A stretch of DNA of 64,000 bases from Alphaproteobacteria bacterium (GCA_965200745.1 CBDAUZ010000002.1:287847-351846), one strand, 5' to 3'. Numbered from the stretch's first letter, positions 49,555 to 60,880 are shown. The notes: generated by a model from the letters alone, not told the origin. Numbers and translations are program-made.

Positions 49555-50347
49555 CAGCAGGTTTGGGTTTGCACAGCCCGCGATTACCTTTCGATTGCAC
49601 AAATGCGAGAACCGCATCGACAGGGCCGCACGGGTTCACGAAATCCTTGATTGCCTTGGCAATCCGGTCCTCGAAAATTCCCTCATCCGAAAACAGGTTC
49701 TGGTACAGCTTGCTCAGCGAGTCGATTTCAGTTCTCGGAAACCCGCGGCGCCTGAGCCCGATCAGATTGATCCCGTCGAGAGCAGCGCGATCGCCATTCG
49801 CCCTTCCGAAGGGAATCACATCGCGTACAACAGCTGAAAATGCGCCAACGATTGCATGCTGACCAACCCGGACATTCTGATGAATTGCCGACCGCCCACC
49901 AAGTATGACGAAATCCCCCACGACGGCGTGGCCACCAAGCAAAGTCTGATTGGCAAGAACAACATTGCTGCCGACCTGACAGTCATGGCCAACGTGGGCG
50001 CCAATCATGAACATGTTGTCGTCGCCAATTCGCGTCACCATCGCGTCGGTGACGGTGCCGGTATTCATGGTGACCTGTTCGCGAATGATATTGTTGCGTC
50101 CGATCTCCAGACGGGTGGGTTCGCCCCTGTACCTGATGTTCTGCGGCGCCTGGCCAAGTGAGGAAAACGGATACACCGTACTCCCGGCCCCGATCGTCGT
50201 TATTCCCTCGACAACAACATGCGACTTCAATTCAACCTTGTCATCGAGGACGACATCGGGGCCAACCACGCAGTATGGTCCGATGATCGCCGTGTCCGCG
50301 AGGCGCGCACCGGGGTCAACGATGGCAGTTGCATGAATTCGGGCCAT
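49544..50347 (-). CDS. lpxA: Acyl-ACP--UDP-N-acetylglucosamine O-acyltransferase
   Basis: Hexapeptide-repeat LbH fold, MARIHATAIVDPGA start. Confidence 0.93.
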   Translation of the reverse strand: MARIHATAIVDPGARLADTAIIGPYCVVGPDVVLDDKVELKSHVVVEGITTIGAGSTVYPFSSLGQAPQNIRYRGEPTRLEIGRNNIIREQVTMNTGTVTDAMVTRIGDDNMFMIGAHVGHDCQVGSNVVLANQTLLGGHAVVGDFVILGGRSAIHQNVRVGQHAIVGAFSAVVRDVIPFGRANGDRAALDGINLIGLRRRGFPRTEIDSLSKLYQNLFSDEGIFEDRIAKAIKDFVNPCGPVDAVLAFVQSKGNRGLCKPKPADVA

Positions 50348-50355
50348 GAAGTCGG

Positions 50356-50841
50356 TCAGCCGTTCTGAAGCATGGCTGTTGCAATACCTTCCGCAACGAT
50401 CACATCATCAACTTTCGTGACGCAGTGGAATCGCCAGAATCGTCCACGCTGGTGATCCTTCCTGACATAAAGCTTCATGACATCTCCCGGCGTGACCGGT
50501 TTGCGGAACCGCGTCTTGTCCACCGTGACGAAGTAGATCACCTGACCCCACGCCTCTTCACCGAGCGTGGCAACCATGAGGACGGCAGACGTCTGCGCCA
50601 TCGACTCGATGATCAGCACCCCAGGCATGACCGGTTGTGCCGCGAAGTGACCCTGAAACTGCGGTTCGTTGATCGAGACATTCTTGATTCCGACAGCACT
50701 CTCGTCGGGAACGATATCAATAACCCTGTCGATCATGAGAAACGGATACCGATGAGGAATGAGCTCCATGATCTTGATGATATCAAGAGACTCGAATGTC
50801 GATTTCTGGTCAAGATAACCTGTATCGCGGGCATCGTTCAT
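50356..50841 (-). CDS. fabZ: 3-hydroxyacyl-ACP dehydratase
   Basis: Hot-dog fold motif HFxxxPVMPGVLIIE. Confidence 0.93.
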   Translation of the reverse strand: MNDARDTGYLDQKSTFESLDIIKIMELIPHRYPFLMIDRVIDIVPDESAVGIKNVSINEPQFQGHFAAQPVMPGVLIIESMAQTSAVLMVATLGEEAWGQVIYFVTVDKTRFRKPVTPGDVMKLYVRKDHQRGRFWRFHCVTKVDDVIVAEGIATAMLQNG

Positions 50842-50845
50842 TCGT

Positions 50846-51862
50846 TCAATCCTGTCTGGCCTTGCGCCTCAGATGGCGTTGTATCTTGCGATATTTCGCT
50901 ACGGGTATCGCCGGAACACCGACATAGGTTTCCCCCGCTTCCAGTGATCCAATCGCTCTCGACATGGCGCCGAGTTTCAACCTGCTGCCGAGCGTCGCAT
51001 GTTCCGAAACGCCACTCTTGCCTCCGAGCATCGCAAAATCCCCGATTACGGCACTTCCGGCAACACCTGCCTGACCTGCTATCACCACACCGTCACCAAG
51101 TTGAACATTGTGGGCAATATGTACCTGGTTATCGATCATCACACCGTTCCCAATAACCGTGTCCTCGATGGTGCCACGAACGATCGTCGTGTTGGCACCG
51201 ATTCCGACATCATTACCGATGAGCACGCGACCAACGTGCGGGATACGGCAGATACCATCGCGCGTGATCGTGAATCCGAAGCCCTCCGTGCCGATACGGG
51301 CACCCGACTGGATACGTACACCGTTACCGACAATACTAAACATCATGGTGACGTTGTCACCAATCTCGCAATCATCGCCGATCCGGATCCTGGACCCGAG
51401 TACTGTCCCGCTTCCAATGTGGCAACGTGCGCCAATTTCCACACCATCTTCCACGACCGCAAAAGCATCTATTCTTGAGCCCTCGCCGATGGTCGCCGAC
51501 GGATGGACACGGGCATCAGGAGATATCCGGCCTCGGGATCGCGCGTGTGGATAGAAAATCCGCGTGATCTTCGTGAACGCCAGTGACGGGTCGTCGCACA
51601 CCAGGGGAGCCGTTGCGGGCGGAAGATATCGCGTGTCAGTTCTCTTGATGAGGCACGCACCCGCAGAGCTGGCCTCAAGTGCTGCAGCAAACCTGATGTT
51701 ATTGAAAAAACACAGTTCGTCGCGATTTGCCGTGGCTGGTGTTGCAACATCTTTGATGTATTTGGAACCGTCGAAGCTGCCGGCCAGCTCCGCGCCCACA
51801 GCCGCAGACAGTTCGGCAAGCGAAAACGGACCAGCTGGTTGGGCGAATCGGCGACCAGGCAC
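50846..51862 (-). CDS. lpxD: UDP-3-O-acylglucosamine N-acyltransferase
   Basis: LbH hexapeptide repeats, conserved lpxD-fabZ-lpxA order. Confidence 0.93.
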   Translation of the reverse strand: MPGRRFAQPAGPFSLAELSAAVGAELAGSFDGSKYIKDVATPATANRDELCFFNNIRFAAALEASSAGACLIKRTDTRYLPPATAPLVCDDPSLAFTKITRIFYPHARSRGRISPDARVHPSATIGEGSRIDAFAVVEDGVEIGARCHIGSGTVLGSRIRIGDDCEIGDNVTMMFSIVGNGVRIQSGARIGTEGFGFTITRDGICRIPHVGRVLIGNDVGIGANTTIVRGTIEDTVIGNGVMIDNQVHIAHNVQLGDGVVIAGQAGVAGSAVIGDFAMLGGKSGVSEHATLGSRLKLGAMSRAIGSLEAGETYVGVPAIPVAKYRKIQRHLRRKARQD

Positions 51863-51867
51863 CCGGT

Positions 51868-52428
51868 CTACTCTTGTTCGGTATCTTTGAGTGTCATTGC
51901 GGGAACGCTGCTGTTCAATTCCGAAATAACGTCTTCCGTGAGATCCAGCGTTTTGTTCGCCACCAGATACTGTGGCCTGCCAAGGATGATATCGATCTCG
52001 CGTTCGGTCATTATGTCTTGCAATATTCGCAGTACGTGACCCTGCAATTCGCCAATAGCTTCGGTTTCCCGTGTCCCGAGGTGACTTTCCTGGTTTCTGA
52101 TGTGATCACGCAATTCCTGCAAATCCCGTTCAAACTCCACTCTCAGCGTTGTCAACTTGTCCTCGGACAGCAATGAAGATTTTGCGGCAATGTCCGTTTC
52201 GCGTTTGCGCAATTCATCTTCCATTTCCGCAATTTCCTCGGAGGCGGCCTTGCGCAACTGCCGGACCTGACTCGTTATCGACTGACCGGCACTTGATTGC
52301 CGAATGATGTACTGCAGGTCAATGAAAGCGACTTTTGAACCGTCGTGTGCAGAAGCCGCCGTGACAAGAAAAGCCAGCGCGACAGCAACAACGGAAGCGA
52401 TCGGAATCTTTCGGACGGAATGCATCAT
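51868..52428 (-). CDS. skp: Periplasmic chaperone Skp (OmpH)
   Basis: Signal peptide plus coiled-coil-rich 186 aa, located between bamA and lpxD. Confidence 0.85.
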   Translation of the reverse strand: MMHSVRKIPIASVVAVALAFLVTAASAHDGSKVAFIDLQYIIRQSSAGQSITSQVRQLRKAASEEIAEMEDELRKRETDIAAKSSLLSEDKLTTLRVEFERDLQELRDHIRNQESHLGTRETEAIGELQGHVLRILQDIMTEREIDIILGRPQYLVANKTLDLTEDVISELNSSVPAMTLKDTEQE

Positions 52429-54692
52429 CAGAACCCGGTCCCGACACTGAACCTGAACGTATCGGTTTCGTCATAGTCTTTCTTCTGGACCGGCCACGCA
52501 AAATCGAATTGCATCGGTCCAATAGGCGAAATGTAGGAAAACCCGACGCCGACAGATCCGCGTGGTGTTGACTCGTCAACGATATCCGCACCCGTTACGT
52601 CAACGTTGAAGAGACTCCCCCAATCCGTGAATACCCGTCCGCGCAGGCCAAGTTCACGGGGAAGACCCAGCGGAACATTGAGTGAAGCAGTCGCGTTCCA
52701 GTACACGTTTCCGCCCAGAACATCGCCTGTCCGGGTATCCCTGGGACCAACGCCGGAGAACGAAAAACCGCGCAGTCTGCTCCCGCCGATGAAGAAACGG
52801 TCCGCGATACCGACATCTTCTCCCAGACCGTCGATAATGCCCGCATCGAGCCGAAGGTCGAGAATCCAGTCACCGCCAAACGGATAATGATAGGTGCCGA
52901 TCATCCGTGTGCTCGCATAGCGGGTATCGCCTCCCAGACCTGCCACTTCGAGGTAATGACGCAGCATGTAACCTTCGGTCGGAAATATGACATCATCGCG
53001 TTTGTCGTAGATCAGCCATTGCGACACTGCTGATACATGCGTCTGCCCTTCCTGGCTCGCGATGAACGGTGACGCTGTGGCCTGAACGTTGAGAATATCT
53101 CTGAACTGGTAGAGATATGCCACTGTGTGACGGAGGTCCCGCGCGAGCTGATAACCCAAACGGACACTCCCGCCGATGACTTCCTGTTCAAACGACGACG
53201 TGGACGTCCTGTCCAGTCGACGCGCAACGATATTCACACCTGCTGCGAGATCCCTGTCCAGAAAGTACGGTTCGACAACATCGAGTTCGAAGGTTCGCGA
53301 TGTATTGGACAATTCCAGATCAAACGCCAGGGTCTGACCATTGCCAAGAAGGTTCCGTTCCGAGAGGGAGATGGTGATCAAACCCTTGTTGAGGGAGGAA
53401 TATCCGATACCGAAAGACAACTGTCCGGTCGATTTCTCCTCGACCGCAATCGTGATGATGACAAGATCGTCGCTGCTGCCAGGTTCGGTCGACACGGAGA
53501 CGGATGTGAAATAGTCGAGCGCACGTATCTGTCGCTCAGATCTTTGCATGCGCGCGAAATTGAGCGCATCGCCTTCAACGATGAGTACCTCGCGGCGAAT
53601 GACTTCATCCGTCGTCCGGACGTTGCCGATTATGTCTATGCGTTCGACATAAACGGCCGGACCACGTACAACCATGAACTGCAGATCAACGATCTGCGCT
53701 TCCGGGTCGCGGATGACATCGTAGTTGATCTCGACGAAGCTGATCCCGCGTTGACCGAAATCAACCGTCATGTCGAGGATATCGTCCTCGATCAGGTCAG
53801 CGTCGTACCAATCACCGGTATCAAAACTGATGAGATCAAGGACATCGTCGGGAGCAACATCACCGAGTTCGGACGTGACCGAAATTTCGCCCACTTCATA
53901 ACGCGGGCCTTCATCGATCGAAAAAGTCACAAAAAATTCTTCAAGTCCCGGCGTGAATTCGGCAACCGCTGCTACAATTTCGACATCCACGTATCCTTCG
54001 GACAGATAGAAACGCCGCAGGAGTTCACGGTCGAATGCCAGCCTGTCAGGGTCATAGGAATCAACAGTGGAGAGGAACCGATACCAGGCCGATTCCTTTG
54101 TCACGATCTCATCGCGCAGCGTGCTGTCTGAGAAGCCCGCGTTGCCAACAAAATTGATTTCGCGGACGATCGTTGCATCGCCTTCCGAAATCTCAAAGAC
54201 CAGGTCCACCCTGTTCTGATCCTGCAGGATGATTTTCGGTTCGACGGTTGCGTTGAAACGCCCCGTACGCCGGTAGATCTCGATCAGCCGCTGCACGTCG
54301 TCGCGAACCTTGGCCGGCGTGTAGATCAATCTGGGTTTGAGGGAGATTTCGCCTTCAAGGTCCACGGAATCCAGAAGCCGGTTTCCCTCGAATGCAATCT
54401 GGTTGATCACGGGATTTTCGACAACTGTGACAATCAGCGCCGTCCCTTCGCGCCGGACCGAGACATCGGCAAAGAAACCTGTTTCGAAAAGGCGCTTGAT
54501 GGAATCGTCAACCAGCTCGATGTCAATCGGGTCGCCGGGGTTGAGTTCCATGTAGCTGCGTATTGTCTCGACCTCGACCCGCTGATTGCCTTCAACGATG
54601 ATTTCACTCACGGTCGTCTGTGCATGTGCCGATCCGACGAACACAGCGACAAACCAGATTGAAGCGAGAAATTTGTTGTGAAATACCTTCAT
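52428..54692 (-). CDS. bamA: Outer membrane protein assembly factor BamA
   Basis: POTRA repeats and C-terminal beta-barrel ending in F. Probable start at the Met preceding the signal peptide (the ORF track extends to 54734). Confidence 0.92.
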   Translation of the reverse strand: MKVFHNKFLASIWFVAVFVGSAHAQTTVSEIIVEGNQRVEVETIRSYMELNPGDPIDIELVDDSIKRLFETGFFADVSVRREGTALIVTVVENPVINQIAFEGNRLLDSVDLEGEISLKPRLIYTPAKVRDDVQRLIEIYRRTGRFNATVEPKIILQDQNRVDLVFEISEGDATIVREINFVGNAGFSDSTLRDEIVTKESAWYRFLSTVDSYDPDRLAFDRELLRRFYLSEGYVDVEIVAAVAEFTPGLEEFFVTFSIDEGPRYEVGEISVTSELGDVAPDDVLDLISFDTGDWYDADLIEDDILDMTVDFGQRGISFVEINYDVIRDPEAQIVDLQFMVVRGPAVYVERIDIIGNVRTTDEVIRREVLIVEGDALNFARMQRSERQIRALDYFTSVSVSTEPGSSDDLVIITIAVEEKSTGQLSFGIGYSSLNKGLITISLSERNLLGNGQTLAFDLELSNTSRTFELDVVEPYFLDRDLAAGVNIVARRLDRTSTSSFEQEVIGGSVRLGYQLARDLRHTVAYLYQFRDILNVQATASPFIASQEGQTHVSAVSQWLIYDKRDDVIFPTEGYMLRHYLEVAGLGGDTRYASTRMIGTYHYPFGGDWILDLRLDAGIIDGLGEDVGIADRFFIGGSRLRGFSFSGVGPRDTRTGDVLGGNVYWNATASLNVPLGLPRELGLRGRVFTDWGSLFNVDVTGADIVDESTPRGSVGVGFSYISPIGPMQFDFAWPVQKKDYDETDTFRFSVGTGF

Positions 54693-54714
54693 CAGTCTCC
54701 CCGAGCACAGCCTC

Positions 54715-55830
54715 CTACGAAAGAGAACCGCCAAACAGGTTCATGACGCCAAGTCGCATCAGGTCATTGAATGTAACGTAAATGAACAACGCTCCCACGA
54801 GTACAATACCAATCTGGGTACCCTTCTGTTGCACTGCCGCACTGACGGGTCGTCCGGTCACGATTTCAGCGATATAAAACAGCAAATGTCCACCGTCGAG
54901 TAGCGGAACGGGAAACAGGTTCACCAGACCCAGATTGACCGACAATATTGCCGCAAAAATCACCAGATTGATAAAACTCGCCTGCGCCATCTTGCCGGAG
55001 ACGTGGGCGATACCCAACGGTCCGGCAAGTTCCTTGCTGCTCACTGAACCGGCAATGATCATTTCCAGAATTTCGAAAATCCTGCCAATCCAGTTCCAGG
55101 TCTCCGCGACGCCTGCCGCAAGGGCTGCAAACGGACCAAGTCGCGTCGAAGTGATTGCACCGGAAACGACACCGATCCGCCCCACCTCACGCATCGCGCC
55201 ATAACTGTCCTCAATCAGGGCGATGTCCGGAACAACCCGCGTGACAAACTCCTCACCATCCCGTTTAACCAGAAGGTCGATCGGGACTTCCGGTCTCAAC
55301 GAGACATAGAGCGCAAGGTCTTCAAAACTCCGCACCGTGTTGCCGTCGACTTCGACGATGATATCTCCCGCCACCAACCCGGCGCTTTCCGCCACGCCGC
55401 CTTCCACGACATCGGATATCTCCGTCGAAACGGTCGGCTGCCCGACGGTGGCATAGACGCAGGCAAACAAGACCGCGGCGAGAATGAAGTTTGCGATCGG
55501 GCCGGCAGCGACGATCGCCGAACGCTGGTAGACCGTCCGCTCCGCGAATGACCTGTCCTCCTCGGCCGTATCCACGGCATCGGGTTCGGCGCCTGGCAGG
55601 TCGCTTTGCCCGAGCATCGACACGTAGCCGCCGAGCGGCAACAGGGAAATACGCCATCGCGTTCCATGCCTGTCAGACCAACCGACCAGCTCCGGTCCGA
55701 TGCCGACCGAAAAAACCTGAACCCGAACGCCATTCATGCGCGCGACGCTGTAGTGCCCGAGTTCATGAAAGAACACGATGACCGTGATGACACTTGCGAA
55801 TGCCACAATGTAACTCAGGGAATCAATCAC
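54715..55830 (-). CDS. rseP: RIP metalloprotease RseP
   Basis: HELGH zinc motif in the first TM helix, PDZ domain. Confidence 0.92.
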   Translation of the reverse strand: MIDSLSYIVAFASVITVIVFFHELGHYSVARMNGVRVQVFSVGIGPELVGWSDRHGTRWRISLLPLGGYVSMLGQSDLPGAEPDAVDTAEEDRSFAERTVYQRSAIVAAGPIANFILAAVLFACVYATVGQPTVSTEISDVVEGGVAESAGLVAGDIIVEVDGNTVRSFEDLALYVSLRPEVPIDLLVKRDGEEFVTRVVPDIALIEDSYGAMREVGRIGVVSGAITSTRLGPFAALAAGVAETWNWIGRIFEILEMIIAGSVSSKELAGPLGIAHVSGKMAQASFINLVIFAAILSVNLGLVNLFPVPLLDGGHLLFYIAEIVTGRPVSAAVQQKGTQIGIVLVGALFIYVTFNDLMRLGVMNLFGGSLS

Positions 55831-55851
55831 AGCACAGGTCCCGGGAGATAT

Positions 55852-57012
55852 TCAGGAAGTCCACTTCGATACCACTACTGCAGCGTCCTGTCTTGCCCTT
55901 CGGTCGCATTCGTATACGTCATCCAGGTCACGGATCCCGACATGGCCGATGGTTTCCAGTGTGTCCTCAATGATAGGTACAATCCGTCCGAACCCGATCT
56001 GCTTCGCAAGGAACGCCTTGACCGCGACCTCGTTTGCCGCGTTGAGAACGATTGGCGCACCACCGCCGGCACGAAGCGCCTCGCGTGCCAGAACCAGCGC
56101 GCGAAACTTCACCAGATCCGGCGCTTCGAAGTTGAGATTGCCGACAGCCACAAAGTCGAGCCTGGGTGCCGGGTTGTGCATTCTTTCGGGCCAGGCAAGT
56201 GTGTAGGCGATCGGCGTGCGCATATCCGGCGTACCCAGCTGCGCAAGGATCGATCCGTCGGAATATGCAACCATGCTGTGAATGATCGATTCAGGGTGAA
56301 CCAGGATCTCGATGCGCTCTTCACCAACGGGAAACAGATGACTCGCCTCAATGAGCTCGAGCCCCTTGTTCATCATCGTCGCGGAATCCACGGATATCTT
56401 GGCGCCCATGTCCCAGTTCGGGTGGCGCACAGCCTCCTCGGGTGTACTTGATTCCATCTCATCCAGGCTCGATTTCCTGAACGGGCCACCCGACGCAGTC
56501 AGAATGATTTTCTCCACCGCATCGGCATGGTCGTAGTCGAATACCTGGTGTATCGCATTGTGTTCCGAATCAACCGGAAGAAGAACACTGCCGGTTCGTT
56601 TCGTCTCATCGACCAGAATCGATCCGGCACAGACAAGCGCTTCCTTGTTTGCAAGCGCCACGACACTGCCATTTCTTACCGCCCGAAGCACGGGTGCCAG
56701 GCCCGCGGCACCGACAATCGCTCCCATCACCCTGTCGGCAGGACGGGCTGCCGCCTCTTCAAGGGATTCCGGTCCGCCCCCGGTTTCAATCCCGGTGCCA
56801 TCGAGTTGCCGTTTCAGTTCCTTGTACAATTCCGGTTTTGCTATCGCCGCGTATCGCGCGCCTGACTCGCGTGCAATCCTGGCCAACGCTTCAACGTTGC
56901 TGTTTGCCGTAACCGCTTCCACACACAATGCACCGCCCGACTTTGAAATCAGGTCTAGCGTGTTGGCGCCAACCGAACCTGTGGCACCGAGAATCGTGAC
57001 CGAACGCGGCAT
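55852..57012 (-). CDS. dxr: 1-deoxy-D-xylulose 5-phosphate reductoisomerase
   Basis: VTILGATGSVG NADPH-binding N-terminus. Confidence 0.93.
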   Translation of the reverse strand: MPRSVTILGATGSVGANTLDLISKSGGALCVEAVTANSNVEALARIARESGARYAAIAKPELYKELKRQLDGTGIETGGGPESLEEAAARPADRVMGAIVGAAGLAPVLRAVRNGSVVALANKEALVCAGSILVDETKRTGSVLLPVDSEHNAIHQVFDYDHADAVEKIILTASGGPFRKSSLDEMESSTPEEAVRHPNWDMGAKISVDSATMMNKGLELIEASHLFPVGEERIEILVHPESIIHSMVAYSDGSILAQLGTPDMRTPIAYTLAWPERMHNPAPRLDFVAVGNLNFEAPDLVKFRALVLAREALRAGGGAPIVLNAANEVAVKAFLAKQIGFGRIVPIIEDTLETIGHVGIRDLDDVYECDRRARQDAAVVVSKWTS

Positions 57013-57030
57013 GTCAGGGGCGAAGATCAT

Positions 57031-57882
57031 TCAGTTGCTCACCGGCAGGAACAGATAGAAAACCCAGAACAAAGCAAACACCGGCGCGGCAAACAGCAGT
57101 GAATCGAGGCGATCCATCACACCACCGTGGCCCGGCAGGATCGAGCCGCTGTCCTTTACAGCGAACACCCGCTTGACCCGCGACTGGAAAAGGTCGCCTG
57201 CCTGTGCGGAAATCGAGATGACGGCCGCAAACACGGTCGCGGTGTCAAGCGACAGGCCAACAAACGAAGCAAAAAGTGTTCCGACAGCACAACCTCCGAT
57301 CAGTCCACCGATCGCTCCGGACCACGTCTTGTCCGGAGAAATGTTCACAGCCAACTTCGGTCCACCAAAGATGCGACCAACGACAAAGGCGCTTGTGTCT
57401 GTTGTCCAGACAACGAGAAACAACCAGAATAACAGAGGTGCACCGACCGGTGCACTCCAGCACCAGAGAATTGCGATAATAGGCAGCGTCACATACAGAC
57501 AACCGAGAGCCGCCCACAACCCGTTCGTGCGCCTCAAGAGAGCGAACAGACCCGTACCCGCAGAACCGACGACAGAAATGTAGAGCGCAGCCGGTAGCGA
57601 GACCGGCACCATCATCGCGTACCAGCAACCGGCCAAGGCGGCAATCGCAAACCATGTACCCCTTGTGCGTGTGACCCGGTACCATTCATGGAGAACCAGC
57701 GCCCCCAGCAAGCCGACCCAGCCAGCAAAAAACCACGGCGTCGGCACGAAGATGGTCGCAAGCGTTATCGATGCGAGAACAAGCGCCGATAGTATTCGCA
57801 GCAACAGCTGCGGGTATCCGTTGTCAGGAGACGGCAATTGCCCCGAACCTGCGGTCGCGTCGGCGGAATTCGTCCAAAGCAA
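57031..57882 (-). CDS. cdsA: Phosphatidate cytidylyltransferase
   Basis: Multi-TM protein with the CTP-transferase signature region near the C-terminus. Confidence 0.9.
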   Translation of the reverse strand: MLWTNSADATAGSGQLPSPDNGYPQLLLRILSALVLASITLATIFVPTPWFFAGWVGLLGALVLHEWYRVTRTRGTWFAIAALAGCWYAMMVPVSLPAALYISVVGSAGTGLFALLRRTNGLWAALGCLYVTLPIIAILWCWSAPVGAPLLFWLFLVVWTTDTSAFVVGRIFGGPKLAVNISPDKTWSGAIGGLIGGCAVGTLFASFVGLSLDTATVFAAVISISAQAGDLFQSRVKRVFAVKDSGSILPGHGGVMDRLDSLLFAAPVFALFWVFYLFLPVSN

Positions 57883-58561
57883 AGTCGAGTGCGTTCCGGT
57901 CGAAATCAGGCCAGAGAATCGGTATGAACACGAGTTCGGAATAGGCGCCCTGCCAGACCAGAAAGTTGCTCAGTCTCTGTTCGCCGCTTGTTCTGATAAT
58001 CAGATCCGGATCGGGCAGATTTGCCGTGTCGAGGTGGCGTGAGAAGCGTTCTTCGTCGATCGAATCCAGTGTGGCAGTTTCCTTCAGGCACTCTTCAATC
58101 AACGCACGCGCCGCGCGAAGGATTTCGTTTCGTGCCCCGTAATTCAGTGCGACTGTTACAGTCAGAACATCACCGGCGGACGTTTCATGTTCCGCTTCGT
58201 ACATCATGCGCCTTACGTCATCTGGCAATCCGTTGCGTTCGCCGATGAACTTGAGCCTGATTCCCTTCTCCACGAGCTTGGGAACCTCGATTGCGAGATT
58301 GTCGCGCATGAGCTCCAGGAGGGTTGATACTTCCAGCGACGGGCGTCGCCAGTTCTCCGAACTGAAGGCAAAAATCGTCAGATAACGGATCTGCAACTCG
58401 ACGCACGCGTCCAGTGTCCGCCTGAGCGCCTCTGCCCCGGCTTCATGACCTGCGGTCCGCGGCAGACCGCGGTCTTGAGCCCATCGACCATTCCCATCCA
58501 TGATGATGGCGACATGCCCCGGTACCTGATCCGGGAGTTGATTGAGTTCCAGTGCTGGCAT
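57824..58561 (-). CDS. uppS: Ditrans,polycis-undecaprenyl-diphosphate synthase
   Basis: HVAIIMDGNGRWA motif. Confidence 0.93.
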   Translation of the reverse strand: MPALELNQLPDQVPGHVAIIMDGNGRWAQDRGLPRTAGHEAGAEALRRTLDACVELQIRYLTIFAFSSENWRRPSLEVSTLLELMRDNLAIEVPKLVEKGIRLKFIGERNGLPDDVRRMMYEAEHETSAGDVLTVTVALNYGARNEILRAARALIEECLKETATLDSIDEERFSRHLDTANLPDPDLIIRTSGEQRLSNFLVWQGAYSELVFIPILWPDFDRNALDFALDEFRRRDRRFGAIAVS

Positions 58562-58567
58562 CCGGGT

Positions 58568-59125
58568 TCAGACCTGCATGATTTCCGTCTGTTTGGTTTC
58601 GAGTATCGCGTCAACCCTGGCGACTTCCTTATCTGTCAGTTTCTGGATCTCGTCACCAAAGCGATGTTGTTCGTCCTGTGAAATCTCTGACTCGCGTTCC
58701 AGTCGCTTGAGCGTTTCCATGCCGTCGCGACGTACGTTGCGGATCGCAACCCTGGCCTGCTCCGCGTATTTTCCGGCTATTCGGCTGATCTCGCGGCGGC
58801 GTTCCTCATTCAGTTGCGGAATCGGTACACGAATGACCTGCCCCTCGCTCTGCGGATTGAGGCCGAGGTCGGAATTCCTGACAGCCTTTTCGACGGATCC
58901 CACCAGACTCTTGTCCCATACCTGTACCGTTATCATTCGCGGCTCGGGTACGCTCACGCTGCCGACCTGATTGATCGGCATTGTCGTGCCGTATGCATCC
59001 ACCGTAACCGGTTCCAGCAAACTCGCAGACGCACGCCCTGTACGCAATCCTGCGAGCTCTCGACCGAGTACGGTGATCGCTCCGTCCATACGCCTTCGCA
59101 GGTCCTTCAGCGTCGCTTCAGTCAT
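58568..59125 (-). CDS. frr: Ribosome recycling factor
   Basis: [20 protein letters not shown] start, 185 aa. Confidence 0.93.
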   Translation of the reverse strand: MTEATLKDLRRRMDGAITVLGRELAGLRTGRASASLLEPVTVDAYGTTMPINQVGSVSVPEPRMITVQVWDKSLVGSVEKAVRNSDLGLNPQSEGQVIRVPIPQLNEERRREISRIAGKYAEQARVAIRNVRRDGMETLKRLERESEISQDEQHRFGDEIQKLTDKEVARVDAILETKQTEIMQV

Positions 59126-59888
59126 GACCATCCTCCCCTGATATCCGCGTATACCTGCCACGGCCATCCAGTATTGCGGCAACCGCCCCGTGTTCGTGCA
59201 GGGAAAACACTAGCACAGGTAAATTGTTGTCGCGCGCCAGCGACACCGCTGCAGCGTCCATAACTTTAAGGTCCTGCGCAAGGACATCAGTATACGTGAG
59301 AGTTTCGAAACGCCGGGCGCCGGGGTCCGTTCGTGGGTCGGAGGAATAGACTCCATCGACATTCGTCGCTTTCAGGAACGCATCGCAACCCATCTCTATT
59401 GCGCGAAGTGCCGCAGCAGTATCGGTGGTGAAGAAAGGATTGCCCGTACCTGCCGCGAAAATCACGATCCGTCCCTTGTCCAGGTGCGATACAGCGCGCG
59501 GACGCACATACGGCTCGCAAATTGTTGGCATCGGAATCGCTGACTGCACGCGCACATCAACACCCAGGCCTTGCAGTGCGTTTTCAAGCGCCAACGCATT
59601 GATCACCGTCGCCAGCATGCCCATGTTGTCTGCTGTTGCCCGCTCCATCCCGCGGTTTGCCCCGACAACTCCACGAAAAAAGTTTCCGCCGCCGACAACA
59701 ACGCAAACGCCGGTGCCCGAATTCGCCGCAACGGCGAGATCCGCGGAAATGCGCTCGACTTCCATCGGATCAATGCCGAAGTTCTGCAAACCCATCAACG
59801 CTTCACCCGATACCTTCACGAGTACGCGTCTGTATTCACACCCCTTGTGTGTGGCATGCGTGGAAGATTTTTCTCCGTCTGGCACCAC
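59118..59888 (-). CDS. pyrH: UMP kinase
   Basis: [11 protein letters not shown] motif. Confidence 0.93.
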   Translation of the reverse strand: MVPDGEKSSTHATHKGCEYRRVLVKVSGEALMGLQNFGIDPMEVERISADLAVAANSGTGVCVVVGGGNFFRGVVGANRGMERATADNMGMLATVINALALENALQGLGVDVRVQSAIPMPTICEPYVRPRAVSHLDKGRIVIFAAGTGNPFFTTDTAAALRAIEMGCDAFLKATNVDGVYSSDPRTDPGARRFETLTYTDVLAQDLKVMDAAAVSLARDNNLPVLVFSLHEHGAVAAILDGRGRYTRISGEDGHD

Positions 59889-59941
59889 TGCCTTGCATCA
59901 ACTCCGTAGCGAAACAGTACCGTTCTGATACAGATGAGCGT

Positions 59942-60877
59942 TCAGGATCCGCTGACTGCCGCAGCAACCTCTTCTGCAAAATTCACTTCGGCTTTCTCGA
60001 TTCCCTCACCCAGTGCATATCGAACAAACCCGGAAATCCTGACACTCGCACCAACGTCCTTCGACATCCGTTCGAGAAGGTCGCGCACGCGGGTTTCGCC
60101 GTCCACGACAAAAATCTGTTCATTCAGTACAACTTCCTGAAAATACTTGCGAAGGCGCCCCTCGACCATCTTCTCGATGATGTTTTCAGGTTTGCCGGAC
60201 TCTCGCGCCTGTTCGGACAGAACGGCCCGCTCGCGATCAACGAGCGCGGGATCGAGAGAATCACGATCGACCGCTTCCGGTTTCGTGGCGGCAATATGCA
60301 TGGCAAGTTGTTCACCAACATCCGCGACCTGTGCGGCATCGGCTTCGGACTCCAGTGCGACAATCACACCGATCTTTCCCATGTTTGGCGATGCTTGGGC
60401 ATGCACATATCCGGCAACGATACCCGAAGGAACGGACAACATCGCCGTCCGGCGCAGCTGGAGATTTTCACCGATCCGGGCAATATTCTCGGTCAGGGTG
60501 TCGCCAACGGTTGCGGATTCACCTGGCATTGCCAAGGCGGCCAATGACCCGACGTCGCCATTCGCCTCCAGTGCAAGTGACGAGCACTGTCGTACAAAGT
60601 CCTGAAACTGTGTGTTTCGTGCAACAAAATCGGTTTCCGCATTGACCTCGACGAGTGCTGCGGACCGCCGATCCTCGGCAATCGCCATCGCGACCAGCCC
60701 TTCTGATGCAACACGACCGGCCTTCTTTGCCGCTGCAGCGAGACCGCGTGTACGCAGCCAGTCGACTGCCGCTTCCATGTCGCCTGCAGTCTCGAGAAGA
60801 GCCTTCTTGCAGTCCATGAGTCCTGCACCGGACTTCTTGCGCAACTCCATGACGACGGTTGCAGATACGTTCGACAT
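59942..60877 (-). CDS. tsf: Elongation factor Ts
   Basis: LRKKSGAGLMDCKKAL UBA-like N-terminus. Confidence 0.95.
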   Translation of the reverse strand: MSNVSATVVMELRKKSGAGLMDCKKALLETAGDMEAAVDWLRTRGLAAAAKKAGRVASEGLVAMAIAEDRRSAALVEVNAETDFVARNTQFQDFVRQCSSLALEANGDVGSLAALAMPGESATVGDTLTENIARIGENLQLRRTAMLSVPSGIVAGYVHAQASPNMGKIGVIVALESEADAAQVADVGEQLAMHIAATKPEAVDRDSLDPALVDRERAVLSEQARESGKPENIIEKMVEGRLRKYFQEVVLNEQIFVVDGETRVRDLLERMSKDVGASVRISGFVRYALGEGIEKAEVNFAEEVAAAVSGS

Positions 60878-60880
60878 TTT

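Noticed and set aside
47574-49617. Large overlaps between the lpxB, lpxI and lpxA ORF-track calls (up to 80 bp)
   Set aside because: These are explained by the ORF track choosing the most upstream start. Conserved N-termini indicate internal starts (lpxI at 49554, lpxB near 48770). Not biologically unusual.
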